A stretch of 64,000 bases of DNA from Dicyema japonicum. Its lineage: Eukaryota > Animalia > Dicyemida. This document shows, one piece after another, positions 10,964 to 23,180 of this stretch; position 1 is the stretch's first letter; each line of letters starts with the position of its first letter. Where the stretch lies: positions 1,144,796 to 1,208,795 of the forward strand of contig RDEW01000010.1 of assembly GCA_011109175.1 (NCBI GenBank). The letters are read 5' to 3'. A program made the translations under genes and the position numbers. The notes under the pieces were generated by a model, which worked only from the letters and a program-made list of their open reading frames with translations, did not search any database and was not told where the DNA came from.

Positions 10964-13469
10964 ATGTTAAGGCATTCCATTCGTAATTCAAGTTTGTATG
11001 AAGAATGGGAGACGCTGGCAAAGAAGCAGCTAAAGAACCGACCTATAGAATCCTTGATTTACAAGACAAATGAGAACATAGATTTGAAGCCGCTTTATAC
11101 TAGAAAGGATGTGGAAGAGATTGAGGAGTCAATTCCTGGGAGGTACCCCTTTATTCGCGGACCTTATCCGACTATGTACACTCAACGACCATGGACTATT
11201 CGTCAGGTATGATTTTCTAATTAATGTAGTATGCTGGATTTAGTACTGTTGAGGAAAGCAATCGCTTCTACAAAGACAACATCAAAGCGGGGGTTCAAGG
11301 ATTGAGTATTGCCTTTGATCTTCCGACTCATAGAGGGTTTGTATTTTATAAATTACCTTATTTGCTGGCGAACCTAAAATGTAATAAAATATTCTAGGTA
11401 CGATTCGGACAACGAACGAGTTACCGGAGATGTTGGAATGGCTGGAGTCGCTATTGATACTGTTGAGGACATGAAAGTCAAATTCTCTTATTTTTAAAGG
11501 ATTTGTTCAACGGAATTAATCTCCGGGAAATTTCGACTTCCATGACCATGAACGGAGCAGTTTTGCCTATTTTAGCGTTCTACATTGTGGCTGCCAAGAA
11601 CAGGTTTTCGCCTAAAATCAAGGCCAGGGCTGTAAATTAGAGGAATTAAGTGGAACTATACAGAACGACATTCTGAAGGAATTCATGGTCCGCAATACCT
11701 ACATCTACCCTCCTGAGCCGTCTCTGCGAATAATCGGGGACATTTTTCAGTTCACAACCCAGGTTCGTCGGGATTTTAAATTTAGTTTATGCCTCGGTTT
11801 AATTCCATCTCGATCTCCGGTTATCATATTCAGGAGGCTGGAGCCGATAATGTGCTGGAACTGGCCTTCACCATAGCAAACGGACTGGAATACTGCAAAA
11901 TCGGTAATATTGGTTCGGTCACTCAAGGAATCGAAAAAGGCTTGGATATCGACGACTTTGCTGGGAGGCTGTCTTTCTTCTGGGGAGTGGGGATGAACTT
12001 TTACATGGAAATTGCCAAATTTAGAGCAGCGCGGAAGCTTTGGGCGAAATTAATGAAGGAGAAATTCAATCCAAAGAAACAAAAATCTCTCATGCTTCGG
12101 ACTCACTCCCAGACTTCAGGGTGGTCTCTGACCCAGCAGGACGCATACAACAACATCATAAGGACCACCATTGAAGCCATGGCCGCCGTGTTTGGTGGGA
12201 CTCAGTCTCTGCATACCAACGCCTTTGATGAGGCTTTGGCTCTTCCAACAAAATTTTCAGCCAGAATTGCGAGAAATACTCAAATTATCATCCAAGAAGA
12301 AACAGGGATCCCCAAAGTGGTCGATCCTTGGGGAGGATCCTACATGATGGAGTCTCTCACAGATCGAGTCTACAACGAGGCTCTCAGTTTGGTGAATGAA
12401 GTAAATTTTGGCTCTTCAGGTTAGATTGAGAGCTTGGGAGGCATGGCCAAGGCGGTGGCTGAGGGACTTCCGAAACGGAAAATCGAACAGGCCGCAGCAA
12501 TGAGGCAGGCGAGGATCGACAGTGGAAAAGGTCGCTTCTTACGGTTATCAAATAGAAGTCATCGTGGGGGTCAACAAGTTCGTGTTGGAAAACGAGACCA
12601 TGCCTGAGATTTTGGTGGTCGATAACTCGTCAGTAGCAAAATCCCAGAAAGCCCGTATTTCCTCGGTGAAGCAATCAAGGGACCAAGCTAAGGTCTTCTC
12701 TTAAAGATGACGAATAAGGCCAAAGAAGCGCTCGAGAAGATCACCGAATGTGCCAGATCGGACGAAGGAAACCTTCTTGCAGCTTCAGTCGAGGCTGCAC
12801 GTTGTCGATGCACGATTGGAGAGATTTCAGATGCCATGGAACTTGTTTTCAGGGTTTTAAAGCTTTTTTAGGTTTTTGGGAGACACGTGGCCACCACGCA
12901 GTTGGTTTCTGGCGCGTATATAACTGAAAACCAGGACAAATCTGTCTTAGAGGCCATCATAAGGGATGTGGAGGTTGAGAGATTTTTGTGAGTGGCAGAA
13001 ATTCGCCAAATTAGAGGGCCGTCGTCCCCGAATTTTAGTCGCCAAGGTGGGCCAGGATGGACATGATCGCGGAAGTAAGGTGGTAGCCACAGGTTTCGCG
13101 GATCTTGGATTCGACGTGGACGTGGGTCCTCTGTTTAGTGTATTTCGGTTTATTGATTTGATGTAGATCCCACGTGACGTGGCACAGCATGCCGTGGACA
13201 GTGACGTCCACGTTGTCGGTGTGAGCTCGCTCGCTGCTGGACACAAAACTTTGGTACCTGAAATTATCAAAGAACTGCGAGAGATGGGAAGAAGTAACGT
13301 AGTTGTCGTTGTGGGAGGTGTGGTCCCTCCTCAGGATTATCAAATGCTCATGGACGTTGGAGTCTCGGCCGTTTTCGGACCTGGCTCTAAGATTACTGAT
13401 TCTGCAAGCACAGTGCTTAGAATTCTTTTCCAGAGGCACTTTCCTAAGGAAGCAAGCAAATTAGCCTAA
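10964..13469 (+). CDS. MMUT: methylmalonyl-CoA mutase (multi-exon)
   Basis: [63 protein letters not shown] and B12-binding [17 protein letters not shown]. Introns of 23-27 nt and one of ~61 nt; one apparent 1-nt deletion at ~11596. Confidence 0.97.
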
Positions 13470-13534
13470 AATTAGTTATTTCACTAACATTTTTGATATT
13501 TTTGATTGGAGATTACGGGAAAATGAGCAAATTG

Positions 13535-14110
13535 TCATGTAGCGGCCGACTGCGTGGCTATTTCCTCTCAGGATGGCGAGTGAGCTTAGCTCAAATAATT
13601 AGCAGCGCTCGTGAAGATCTCCTGATCGTGTAGAAATCCGATTCCCTAGACAACTCATGAAATCCAGAGTTACAGGTTCAAGAACGTCTCAACGGCGAGT
13701 GGAACAAACAAAAAATCCTTGAGTAGGACCTTTTACTTTAGAGGCACTCTGGTGTAAGTTGCAAGAGGCGAATGTGTCAGTTCAAGTGACGTCCCAGACA
13801 AGAGGATTCCCGGCTTCAAAGGGGACGGTGGTCATCCAATCTGTTCGTTTTTATCACTGATAACTGTGGTCAGCAGGCACGCAAAGGGAGTTACTCCTCA
13901 GAGCACAATGAAGAATCCATTTAAAAAACCGAATGAGCCATGTCCTAATTGATTGAAAAATTCTCTTACGCCCTCTGATAGCGCATGGATCCAACTATTC
14001 AAACCACCGGGAGATAATTTCGATCCGTGGCGACGAGTTCTGGAATTAACCTCAGCTTCCCGAAAAACGTCCTCTGGAACGCTGTTCTGTGGAACGGGTC
14101 AGTATCAAAG
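13535..14110 (-). mobile_element. CRE-clade retrotransposon 3' remnant
   Basis: KRTDWMTTVPFEAGNPLVWDVT*TDTFAS...FVPLAVET...LGNRISTRSGD...SLAILRGNSHAV. Confidence 0.75.
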
Positions 14111-14168
14111 AATTAGTTTAATAATTAGTCTTTGGAATGATTAGTTTATATTTAAGTCTTTTTAAAGT

Positions 14169-14282
14169 GTCCATTCAAATGGTCTCCATTCAAAATGTCC
14201 TCCATTCAAAATGTTCTCCATTCAAAATGGCCTCTATTCAAAATAGTCTCCATTCAAAAGGTCTCTATTCAAAATGGGCTCC
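14169..14282. repeat. tandem array of about 7 copies of a 16-nt unit
   Basis: Consensus CTCCATTCAAAATGGT, visible directly with point variants. Confidence 0.9.
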
Positions 14283-15299
14283 AAATATTTTTGTCAAGTT
14301 TTAGAAAAGTTCATCAAAAACATCAGGAGATTCTACCAAAACTACATCTTTAGGTAAAAAATCATCTTTTTAAATATTATAAAAAATTGATTTTAATGAG
14401 TCCTACGAGTAAATAGAACAGTTTTCCAAGGTCCTCGAAATTTTTAGGTAAAAAAGTCGTCTTTTTTAAATCGTATGAAAATTACTATTTTTAATAAAAT
14501 TATGAGTGAACAGTTTTTGAGTAAAATAACATTCACATTTATTTTTTTACAACAAAGGAAACTTTATTTAGCAAAAAGTAACAGACATTTTGAATATAAA
14601 ACTGAAGTCTCCATCGCCCTGACGGTGATCAAAACAACTTGCAACGCGAATCCAGCTACGAGGAAAGCTGATCTAAAGGGAGACACAAACCCTCTCAAAA
14701 AAACAGAGATAGATTGATAGATCAAAAAACACACACCACAACAACCCACAACAACCACACAACGTGCAAACTTAATGAAAATAATGCAATAGGTTCCCCA
14801 TATCGTAAAACAATTTTTAAAAATAAATAAATATTAAATTAATCTTGATAAGTCCAAATTTGTCGTTAATTAAAAATCTCACTATAATTGATGTCCTAAC
14901 CTCTGTTTTCGCATTGAATCGCCCCGTGGCGGTGTGGTGCTAAGTGGCTATTTAGGTTTATGTTGTCTGTCCCTCCTTTTTCCCTTCCTACTAGAGTGGT
15001 GCCGTTATCTGCCTGTCTCAAATGGTTGCAACAGAGCGAAGAAACTGTCACGTGGTCTCCTAACTATTTGGAAGTGAAAACCCTTTTGGAGGATGACGAT
15101 GCTACAGAAATAATTGCAACTTGTAGCTATAAAAATATTTCCTTATTCTATTTTTATTTGTCTCCCCACCAGACTATGCTAGGTTATCTGCTCTGGCTAC
15201 TTTGGATAACGTGCTCATATCTTGTGATATGAATGTGAATTACTTTTTATTCCTTTTCCCTGACTGACAACGTCTTCTAGTCACCCATGATTCGAGAAG

Positions 15300-15770
15300 C
15301 GACCACAGCCCAATTTTGCCCTTCGCACTTCAACCAGTAAAGTGCCAACTGGAAACCAGCATTTAATTAAGACAACCGTCTGAAAAGCCTTTTTCCGATT
15401 ACATGAACAGAGGGGTTACTATCAATATTCCTAATCTAATGGAAGGCCCAGTAGCAGGCTTACAAGCATGAAGTCTGATTTTAGTGGGAACGCCCGATCC
15501 TTAGAGAAGGACGTTCAAATCGATAAACTTTGTCGATCTGAGACCAAGCACGTTCTGATGTCTCAACGGAGATAGTCTGGAACGTATAATATTTAAGCTT
15601 TCGAGTAACTTCATCTTTTTGTAACCTTAATAAGCCTGTCCGACTTCCCTGAGATTAGGAACCAGTTTGTGAGATTGTTTGGTTGACAAATATTCAGGTA
15701 AATAGTCTTTGAAACATGCAGGCTGTCAGAACATGGATGAATTCCATAAACGGGACCCACTATTTGTTAA
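15300..15770 (-). mobile_element. degenerate CRE-clade fragments
   Basis: ...KLKYYTFQTISVETS (RLE tail) and SIRLGILIVTP (knuckle-proximal) in frameshifted pieces. Confidence 0.45.
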
Positions 15771-15785
15771 ATTAAATTATAGGGT

Positions 15786-16140
15786 TTCCCAACCATTAGC
15801 GTCACTTTCCCAACCAATAGCGTAACTTACCCGACATTAGCGTTACTTTCCCAACCAATAGCGTAACTTATCCGACCATTAGCGTTACTTTCCCAATCAA
15901 TAACGTCACTTACCCGACCAATAGAGTTACTTTTCCCGGTCAATAACGTCACTTTCTTGACCAATAGAGTAACTTACCGAAACAATCTTTTTCCACACAA
16001 TTCCTTAAAAATTAGCGTTACTTTCCCAATCAATAACGTAACTTACTCGACCATTAGCGTTACTTTCCCAATCAATAGCGTAACTTTCCTGACCAATAGA
16101 GTAACTTACCGAACAATCTTTTTCCACACAATTCCTTAAA
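15786..16140. repeat. 21-nt minisatellite with alternating variants and a higher-order duplication
   Basis: Unit about ACTTTCCCAACCAATAGCGTA / ACTTACCCGACCATTAGCGTT. The block accga(a)acaatctttttccacacaattccttaaaa occurs twice (~15976 and ~16108). Confidence 0.9.
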
Positions 16141-16368
16141 AACATTGTGTCAATCATCCGCATCTCATCTGTTGGTTGAGACGATCACCTGATTAGATGA
16201 AGACGAATGCATAACTCAATTTGTCAGACACTCCATATCTTTGGACTACGCCATTTTGCCAGTTTAAACATCTAGGCCTTATCAGCGGGAGAACATGAAC
16301 AGATTAAGTATGTCTTTAAATAAAAGTCTACCTAATGACGAATAAAGTCTACAAAAACATAAAAAAGT

Positions 16369-16411
16369 AGGACCCACCGAGATTCGAACTCGGGTCTCCG
16401 GATTCAAAGTC
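16369..16411 (-). pseudogene. 3' half of tRNA-Gln (anticodon loop to acceptor) in a tandem duplication
   Basis: aggacccaccgagattcgaactcgggtctccggattcaaagtc is identical to 16469-16511; the downstream flank is also duplicated. Confidence 0.85.
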
Positions 16412-16468
16412 GAAAGTCTACCTAATGACGAATAAAGTCGGTAGATGTCTACAAAAACATAAAAAAAT

Positions 16469-16540
16469 AGGACCCACCGAGATTCGAACTCGGGTCTCCG
16501 GATTCAAAGTCCGAAATGATAACCACTACACCATGGGTCC
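16469..16540 (-). tRNA. tRNA-Gln(TTG)
   Basis: GGACCCATGGTGTAGTGGTTATCATTTCGGACTTTGAATCCGGAGACCCGAGTTCGAATCTCGGTGGGTCCT folds as a cloverleaf with anticodon TTG, has A and B boxes, and is followed by a T7 Pol III terminator. Confidence 0.95.
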
Positions 16541-16766
16541 GTTAAAGATTTCTTTAATTTTTTAATAGGTTTAAATATCTTTAGGATTGAGCTTGTTACC
16601 AATGAAATTGTCTAATGAACCACATCCAGTTAGTTAGTCTCGGTCAACTCCCATAGTCTTTTAGATAAACTTAAAACACCTTCACTTAATGTATATTCTA
16701 TTTTTTACTAATAAACAAAAAAATTATATTTTTCAGTTAAATTATAATATTGTTACTCTTACTTGG

Positions 16767-17249
16767 TTAGTAACTGTACGATGCGAATCCAAAGGCATAG
16801 ACAAGGGTGTCCTTAGTTCGGTAATATTCTTTGATGCAAAAGTCATATTCGTGGTCTGTTAATGCCGAGGAAGTCATAATTATGTCATAGTCTATATTTG
16901 AAGTTATTGTGACATTGGCTATAAGCTTGTATCTTCTAGATGCACAAGTTTTCATTACTTCTATGACTCTCGTGCTTAGTCCCTTTGCCTCTTTTGGACT
17001 TTGGTCCGGATCGTACTTGTGAGTAGAGCAGAAACTCTCGATGATCTTTTGAATTTTATTGGAAGCAGTTTTTTGATCGAAGACCTCATCCTGACTTGGT
17101 TCTAGCTTGTAAGTGTTGGAATATTGAACAAACATTGACTTTCTGTGTTTTCTTTCGATCGATGACTCAAGTTTGTGACTGATGTCCCTCCAACTAACTT
17201 AAAGGATAAATAACAAGCCAAACTTCTGCTCATACTCAAGTGGCTTCAT
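16767..17249 (-). CDS. Tctex1-domain dynein light chain (TCTEX1D/TCTE3-like), 2 exons
   Basis: YSNTYKLEP...RRYKLIANVTI...D...Y.....VYAFGFA pattern; ATG at 17249 and one 21-30 nt intron. Confidence 0.8.
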
Positions 17250-17389
17250 CGGGCAAGCGATTTGTATTTTAAATAGGAAATATAGATTTTACATGTTTTT
17301 GTCAATTTTTAAAGTTAATAGTGTTTATTATTGTTTTTTAAACATTAAGTTAAAAGTACAGCGGTTTATTTTGGACAAATGTGAGAAGG

Positions 17390-17620
17390 TACTGCAACTA
17401 GCATAGCTCTCAAGTCGCATTAGCTGTGGGTTCGATTCCTACTCGGTGGTTACTTTATCGAAAGATTTCCTTAGTGATTTTTGCCTTCTATGCCTAGAGG
17501 CGTCATTGGATCAACCATAATCAGGGGACGCCTAATACTTGACATTCAAAATGGGAGATACTTGGAACGTCCTATTCCGACTGGGTGTAGCTAGATAAAA
17601 CTTATTTCAGGTATACCCGG
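17390..17620 (+). mobile_element. tRNA-derived SINE family A
   Basis: B-box tagctgtgggttcgattcc and core cctagaggcgtcattgga are shared with 57150-57420; partial copies at ~57890-57990 and possibly ~14920-15000. Confidence 0.6.
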
Positions 17621-18299
17621 GGTTATTAAAAAATATGGCTATCTAGGGGAAGGCGTACAGAGTGACGGTAGAGTTGATCATTGAAAAGAAACAAATACCA
17701 CCAAACACTCTGGAAAGCCTAATTTGTCTTAACAGTGCAAGAGTAATGGGTCATTCTGGTCACCTGACCAATTACTCCAACCAAGAGTAATGGGTCACCC
17801 TGCACTGAGTTTTGTAGCATTATCCACTAAAGCTAAGTTTCCAGCTCAACCTTCTGATTAATCAATCTTAAGCTGGTTAAATATTTTGCGTTTGGAGAGT
17901 GTTTCAGTTTTGTTATAAGGACCCAACTTTCATGCGTCTAGGGACACATTCTAAATATCCTCATGACCACGTGTGCTTGTGTGTGTAAATACGTCTATCT
18001 ACTTCAAGCTGTCTCAAGTACTCTCCATGGAAATAGTAACCATACGATCTCACATCGTCGAACAAGGAATAATATGGATTAGCATTATCCCCGGTGATAT
18101 TACTACTATAATCCGATTTTTTTTATTCAAAAAATTTTTATTATGAAATATAATCAATAATGTAATTAAATTAACACCGCCAACCATCCAAAGTGGACTC
18201 CGCCGACAATATCGACGTTGCGTTGCCTGTCACGATTGAAACAGAGATCAACTGGAGAAGCCGATTTTTTTAAACAGAAAAAAATTTATTATATAACAA

Positions 18300-19250
18300 G
18301 TCGATCAAAATAATCCAACTGATAGGATGGAATGGTTGTTTTTCCTGACAGAGAAATCCTTTGGAACAGCCACTCGGATTCCTGACTCTCATTACTCACT
18401 TTCGACAACATTGACCCAAGCGATCTTAGAAAAGAGACCGTCTTGCGCCAAAGACTCCATTCGTCTTGACGACTACAGGCTGTACATGTAGAATCTGGTA
18501 GAGAGAATGTCGTATTTTTTATCTTGAAAATCTCGAAAGTCCTATCAGCCTACTCACCTTTCAATGTGGAACCAGCAAGTCTCGACTGGGAAAAGGTGTC
18601 GATACAAGCCCTATCCCAATCCTATCGAGACCAGGTTGTACCCTCCAACAATATGGGGGATAAGCATTTATAATAGATAACTTTTAGAGGGATAATAGTT
18701 GATGGGAGATACAGATCATGTCATACCCCAAATCCAGTGTACTCCGGAGGCTAATCTTATGAACAGTAAATCAGAGTCCACAATGTTTCTTTAATAACTC
18801 CAGATATATCTGAAAGAGGTTTTATCCAGTTCCCCCGGTCGGAGTGTGTCATAAATCCTACCGCTGATTGCGACTGCACTAAACACTTCGTTGCATGGTC
18901 TTCAACACTGTTGTGAATCGATCAGGTGGGTATTAACACTCTCTTTTTATTCATTACCCCCAGGCTTACAATCTTTCGTAAACCCTGTACAAACAGTCAT
19001 AGCTAATTAATCCAAGGAAGGAACCCAAGGGAAAACATCTGCTTCCTCCGACAAAATCCAGCCTCCAATAGTACATTACAGGCTTCCTCTTCAGAAAAAG
19101 AGGTCCGTCCTCTTCCATTTTCATCACACGTCCTACCGTCGCGGACATCACTTGATTATCCGGCGGAAGAGTTTTCATAATGGTAATCTTCACCAGAGAA
19201 TTTTGGCAGGGAGAACCCTCTTTCTCGACGATCTTTGGATTTTAAATGAA
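18300..19250 (-). mobile_element. CRE-clade retrotransposon remnant (thumb, knuckle and RLE region)
   Basis: ACIDTFSQSRLAGS...KKYDILS...QPVVVKTNGVFG...LRSLGSMLSKVSNESQESEWLFQRISL; shares nucleotide blocks with 4212-4260, 4685-4760 and 52220-52410. Confidence 0.75.
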
Positions 19251-19714
19251 TAAATTCAAATAATTACTAAAAATAATAATTTTCCAATTTATGCTGGATA
19301 TTGCAATTTTAATGAAGAAGCATCCTACAAAATTAGCATTACACTGCGATCACGCCGAATTGAATATAAAAGCGAGTTTCATTAATCAACTATTCGAATG
19401 TGCTTTTGCTGCAAACTGGTCAGGTTACTGAATATATTTTTCCGAAAATTCAAAACCGACCGCGGCTATAAGCGAAAAGATTATCCTGAACCACCATTTT
19501 GGACGGCGGAGAGAATAAAATACTTTATAGAGACTGTATTACAGTTAATGAGTTGAATAGGGGAGGATATTGACTTCATTTGAAGAATTGTATGAAATTA
19601 GTATCAATATTCCCGAGGAAATTGTAGTTTTTCTGATGATTTCTAAGAGTTCAACTAGAGACAAATATGATGAATACGAAGGGATAACGTTCGATGATTG
19701 ATTTTTCTAAGAAT

Positions 19715-21915
19715 TTGTTTTTTATTTATTAAACAATTTATTTAAATTAACCCCACTTTATTTAATAAACAATAAAAAAGTTAATATATTTATTAATCAA
19801 CAACCTTCCTCGCCTGCCTGTTCGCCAGCCTCCTCAGGCAGGTTCGATTCTGGTTGCTGAAACAACTCCGAGAGCGCTTTGTCTAATTGAACCCTCTGCC
19901 CATATGGCATCTCAGGGCTCTGCCTCCTATACTCCAGTGTCAGGCTCTCTAGGGTCCGCTTTAACACAGTGGACTGTAGATAGGCCTGGAGCTTCCTATC
20001 TACCCCCAACTGCTTCAGATAACCCTTGTGGTACTTTGTTGCAATTCCTTCCCACGTCATTACTATAGGAATAACGAGGACCTTGCAACCAAGCATCTGC
20101 CCCATCTCGTTTGCAAGAAAGTCATACTTCCTTTTTTTCTCCACCTCCACAGTCTGCAAACGGTCTTGAGACGTGATGCCAACCTCTATGATAAGGACTT
20201 GGCCAGACTCCTTATCGTGTACCACAATGTCCGGTTTATTGTGCTTGACTAGCACCGAGGTACGGATAACACTGTCTACCTTAATTTGGACCCTGGTGTT
20301 CTCTACTACAGATTGCACCTTATGAGTCCGCAACTTTCTGGTGTGGCGAATACCATACTTATTGCATAGTAGAAGATGAAGACTCCTTACTACCTCGTTG
20401 TGCCTCCACACATAGTCGTGGCAGAGCATGGATCCACATCGAGTGGCTAAATGATCAACCGACATGCTCCTTGACTTACAGTGGGGACATGTATTTGTTG
20501 ATCGACCCCAAAAAATATTGCGGTCTTGCATATACGTGTACAACGCCTCCGATCGAGGTGAGTTGTCACCGTATTTTAGCCATATTGTCGACGACTTAAG
20601 GTCGACATGTGGGTTGTCCAATGCTCTGAAGAGGACCTTATGAAGGCTTTTTAAGTTGATCTTTTCCATCAAATTATTATATTGTAATTCGATCAACGCC
20701 TTCACATTTACTAGCCCACCATCATCAACACCATACTTAGCAGACAAAAAAGGTCTGATAGTGCCTAGGTAGGTTGCCCGTGTTTTCTCGGTCGTTATTA
20801 TGGCGTGCTTCCTAGCAGACACACTTACCCAGCTATCAGGGTTTCGTGCATTCGCATTAGGATACGCTCACTTAATTGGACTATTCCACACAATCCACGG
20901 CCGAATTTATCACGGGTAAATATAGTCTCTCCTTATTGGCTGCCAGCACATGGACATGGTTCTCTCTGAGTACTCCACGGATCATAACATCCATCTCATC
21001 ATACTCGGGGCTCAAACTCCACAACACCTATGTAGTAGTTTAGCAGCAAGACATCATACTCATTTAATGCTAGGAACAAATTCCTTGCATTTTGAGACGT
21101 CTTACACAATAACGCTGCTCTTTTACGGATGCCTTCAGTAATTTGTCGTTTTGTCTCGGGCATTATAAAGGACTTTGGAGTTTCGGTAACACCCAGATAC
21201 TTATATCCTTCGTATTCCTCTAGGACTCTTACTAACTCGTTACATACTTGCGTGTTAGTCGCAGAATTTGAATAATTCAAATCTAGTCCTATACTTTCAA
21301 AGAATACCCTGGCACAGACCCCCATGGAGTAGAGATCCTCAGCTGTTCGAGCATACATTTTCAGGTCATCGATAAAAAGAAGGTGATTTGTACTGAAACA
21401 AACCCCTTCACCATGAGCTGGTATTTGCTCAAACCGGTCATTGAGGCGGTGACTCAATGGCTCCAAACAGATAATAAAGAGCAGCGGAGACATGCTATCC
21501 CCCTGAAGGATCCCCCTCTTGAGTTTTACCTCGCCTATCCGGTGCCTATTATAGTTCAGATGAATACTCCACCTATTCATCACAGCCGCTACAAAGCTGA
21601 TGAACCACACAGGCATACACAGACAGACTGTGTAGGCACTCGACAAGGTAAGAATGATCAACTGAATCGTAAGCCTTCTTCACATCCACCCACATAGACA
21701 AAAGTGAGTTTCCGTGAGACACAGAAAGGCATTTGTTGATCAAAGCCTGCTCTTTTGCCCCCTGACAATTTCGAACAGTTCCCAACTGATTCTCGGAGAG
21801 AATCCCATTTGCGTCTACAAAGCTCCTGACCTCATTAGCCACTAATTTGGTCATCAGCTTATACAGGGTTGGCATGCAGGTTATCGGTCGATAATCTGCA
21901 GCAGACTGGAGAGAG
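19715..21915 (-). mobile_element. R4/Dong-like RLE non-LTR retrotransposon, 5'-truncated and frameshifted
   Basis: RT motifs DYRPITCMP, WVDVKKAYDSV, GILQGDSMSPLLF and HLLFIDD; CCHC knuckle CPHC...HLATRC; RLE NKPD...IIEVGIT...EKKRKYD; stop at 19797 and A/T-rich 3' UTR. Confidence 0.92.
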
Positions 21916-22879
21916 AAAAATCATTCGTACGGTAATGAGAACAATGAAGACCACAGACGTTGGATGTCACAGTTGATTACTGGAACGGGGATTAATGATT
22001 ACCTAACTGTTTTGCTTTTGTGTGTCTTTCTTTCTCGATGATCCACGGGTTCTAAATGAATAATGAATAAATTCTATACATGCTGTCTCATACAGTCGAC
22101 CCCTGTTGGTCCAGGACAAGCAGAGACAACCACTAAGCTTCATTTTATCCAAATTCTAGTTAATAAACTAAAACAGTAATTTTTGTATCGGGATGATATT
22201 CTCCGTTATTTTGATTTTATTTTTTTCGGACTTATTCCCCCTAAGAATCAAATGGTATCAAAATACACCTTAGATTAGAGGCCTTGTGGGTTAGGAGGCG
22301 GTAATAATGGTATGGAATCGATTTCCCCACTTCCTACTATGGTCTAGGGTTTCTCGCCCTTTGCTCGGCTTCTGTATTAACGTAGTGTCCTGTGATCTAA
22401 TTGTTTCAGTAGGCTTCCAGTGCTCTGGCAGCATCAAAAACGATGTGGAACTGGTTCCCAGCTGATACGAGTCACTCAGGTCTAGGAAGAACCAAATTTT
22501 GCGAGAAAGTGAAAATACTGTAATTTAGAATTTTTTACTTCTTATAGTACAAATGTGCTATTTATTAAAATCATCAATGACCTAATATGTTAACCACAAT
22601 ATTTCACTTTCACAGTTATGTGGTTTATTTTCACAACAATGCGGTTTATTTACCCCAGTCAAGGTAGGTCTTTCAAAGAAGGCTCAATGGTGAGGAAATA
22701 AAGACATTTGCCGACAGAACCAAGTAACCGATGACACGTGGATGAGCACTAGCCTTTGTTGAGGATTATTTATTTCATTGCCAGGATCGCTGGGTTAACA
22801 AAGGAATCTGCTCAATGATTCCAGAAAGACAAGGGGAGGAGAATACAGGAGAGGATGGGGATCCTGTACTGCTCTTGCA

Positions 22880-23180
22880 TTTTTCATAATATCAGCCCAT
22901 ATTTTGGAGGTTTCAAGGTATCTGAGAAGGATTTGTGGAGATGAATGTTTGGAAGGTGGTCTGTCCTTGTGAATTTTTGTTGTCCTTTCGAACAGAAGTG
23001 CTTCAAGAGCCGCTTTTTCAATAAAACATTTTGATTTCCCTCCAGTTCCTTCAAGTAAAGGAAACTGGTGGGCAACAGAAAAGTAACAACTCCTTTTTGG
23101 ACAATCGACTTCGAACCTAGACTGTGGTACATCCCATCCCTTATTTCAATACTTAGGGTTTCAATGTCCCCAGAGTCGTT
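22880..23180 (-). mobile_element. possible BEL/Pao LTR pol remnant
   Basis: RLWDIETLSIE...LEGNQNVLLKKRLLK resembles the Pao FWELE.IGI...N...A.KRL segment; weak. Confidence 0.25.

Noticed and set aside
9349-13469. Functional link between head-to-head DPH2 and MMUT (both radical enzymes)
   Set aside because: The pathways and compartments are unrelated, and short divergent spacing also occurs at CCDC39, so compaction explains it.
17490-17585. HDV-like ribozyme in SINE family A (AGGCGTC...GACGCCT stem)
   Set aside because: The L3 and J4/2 consensus is missing and the stem is broken in the 57 kb copy.
19300-19700. Transposase remnant (LALHCDHAELNIK)
   Set aside because: A single weak motif with no catalytic residues recognisable.
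22092-22115. pogo/Tigger-like TIR (tacagtcgacccc)
   Set aside because: No inverted partner or transposase trace found in the window.
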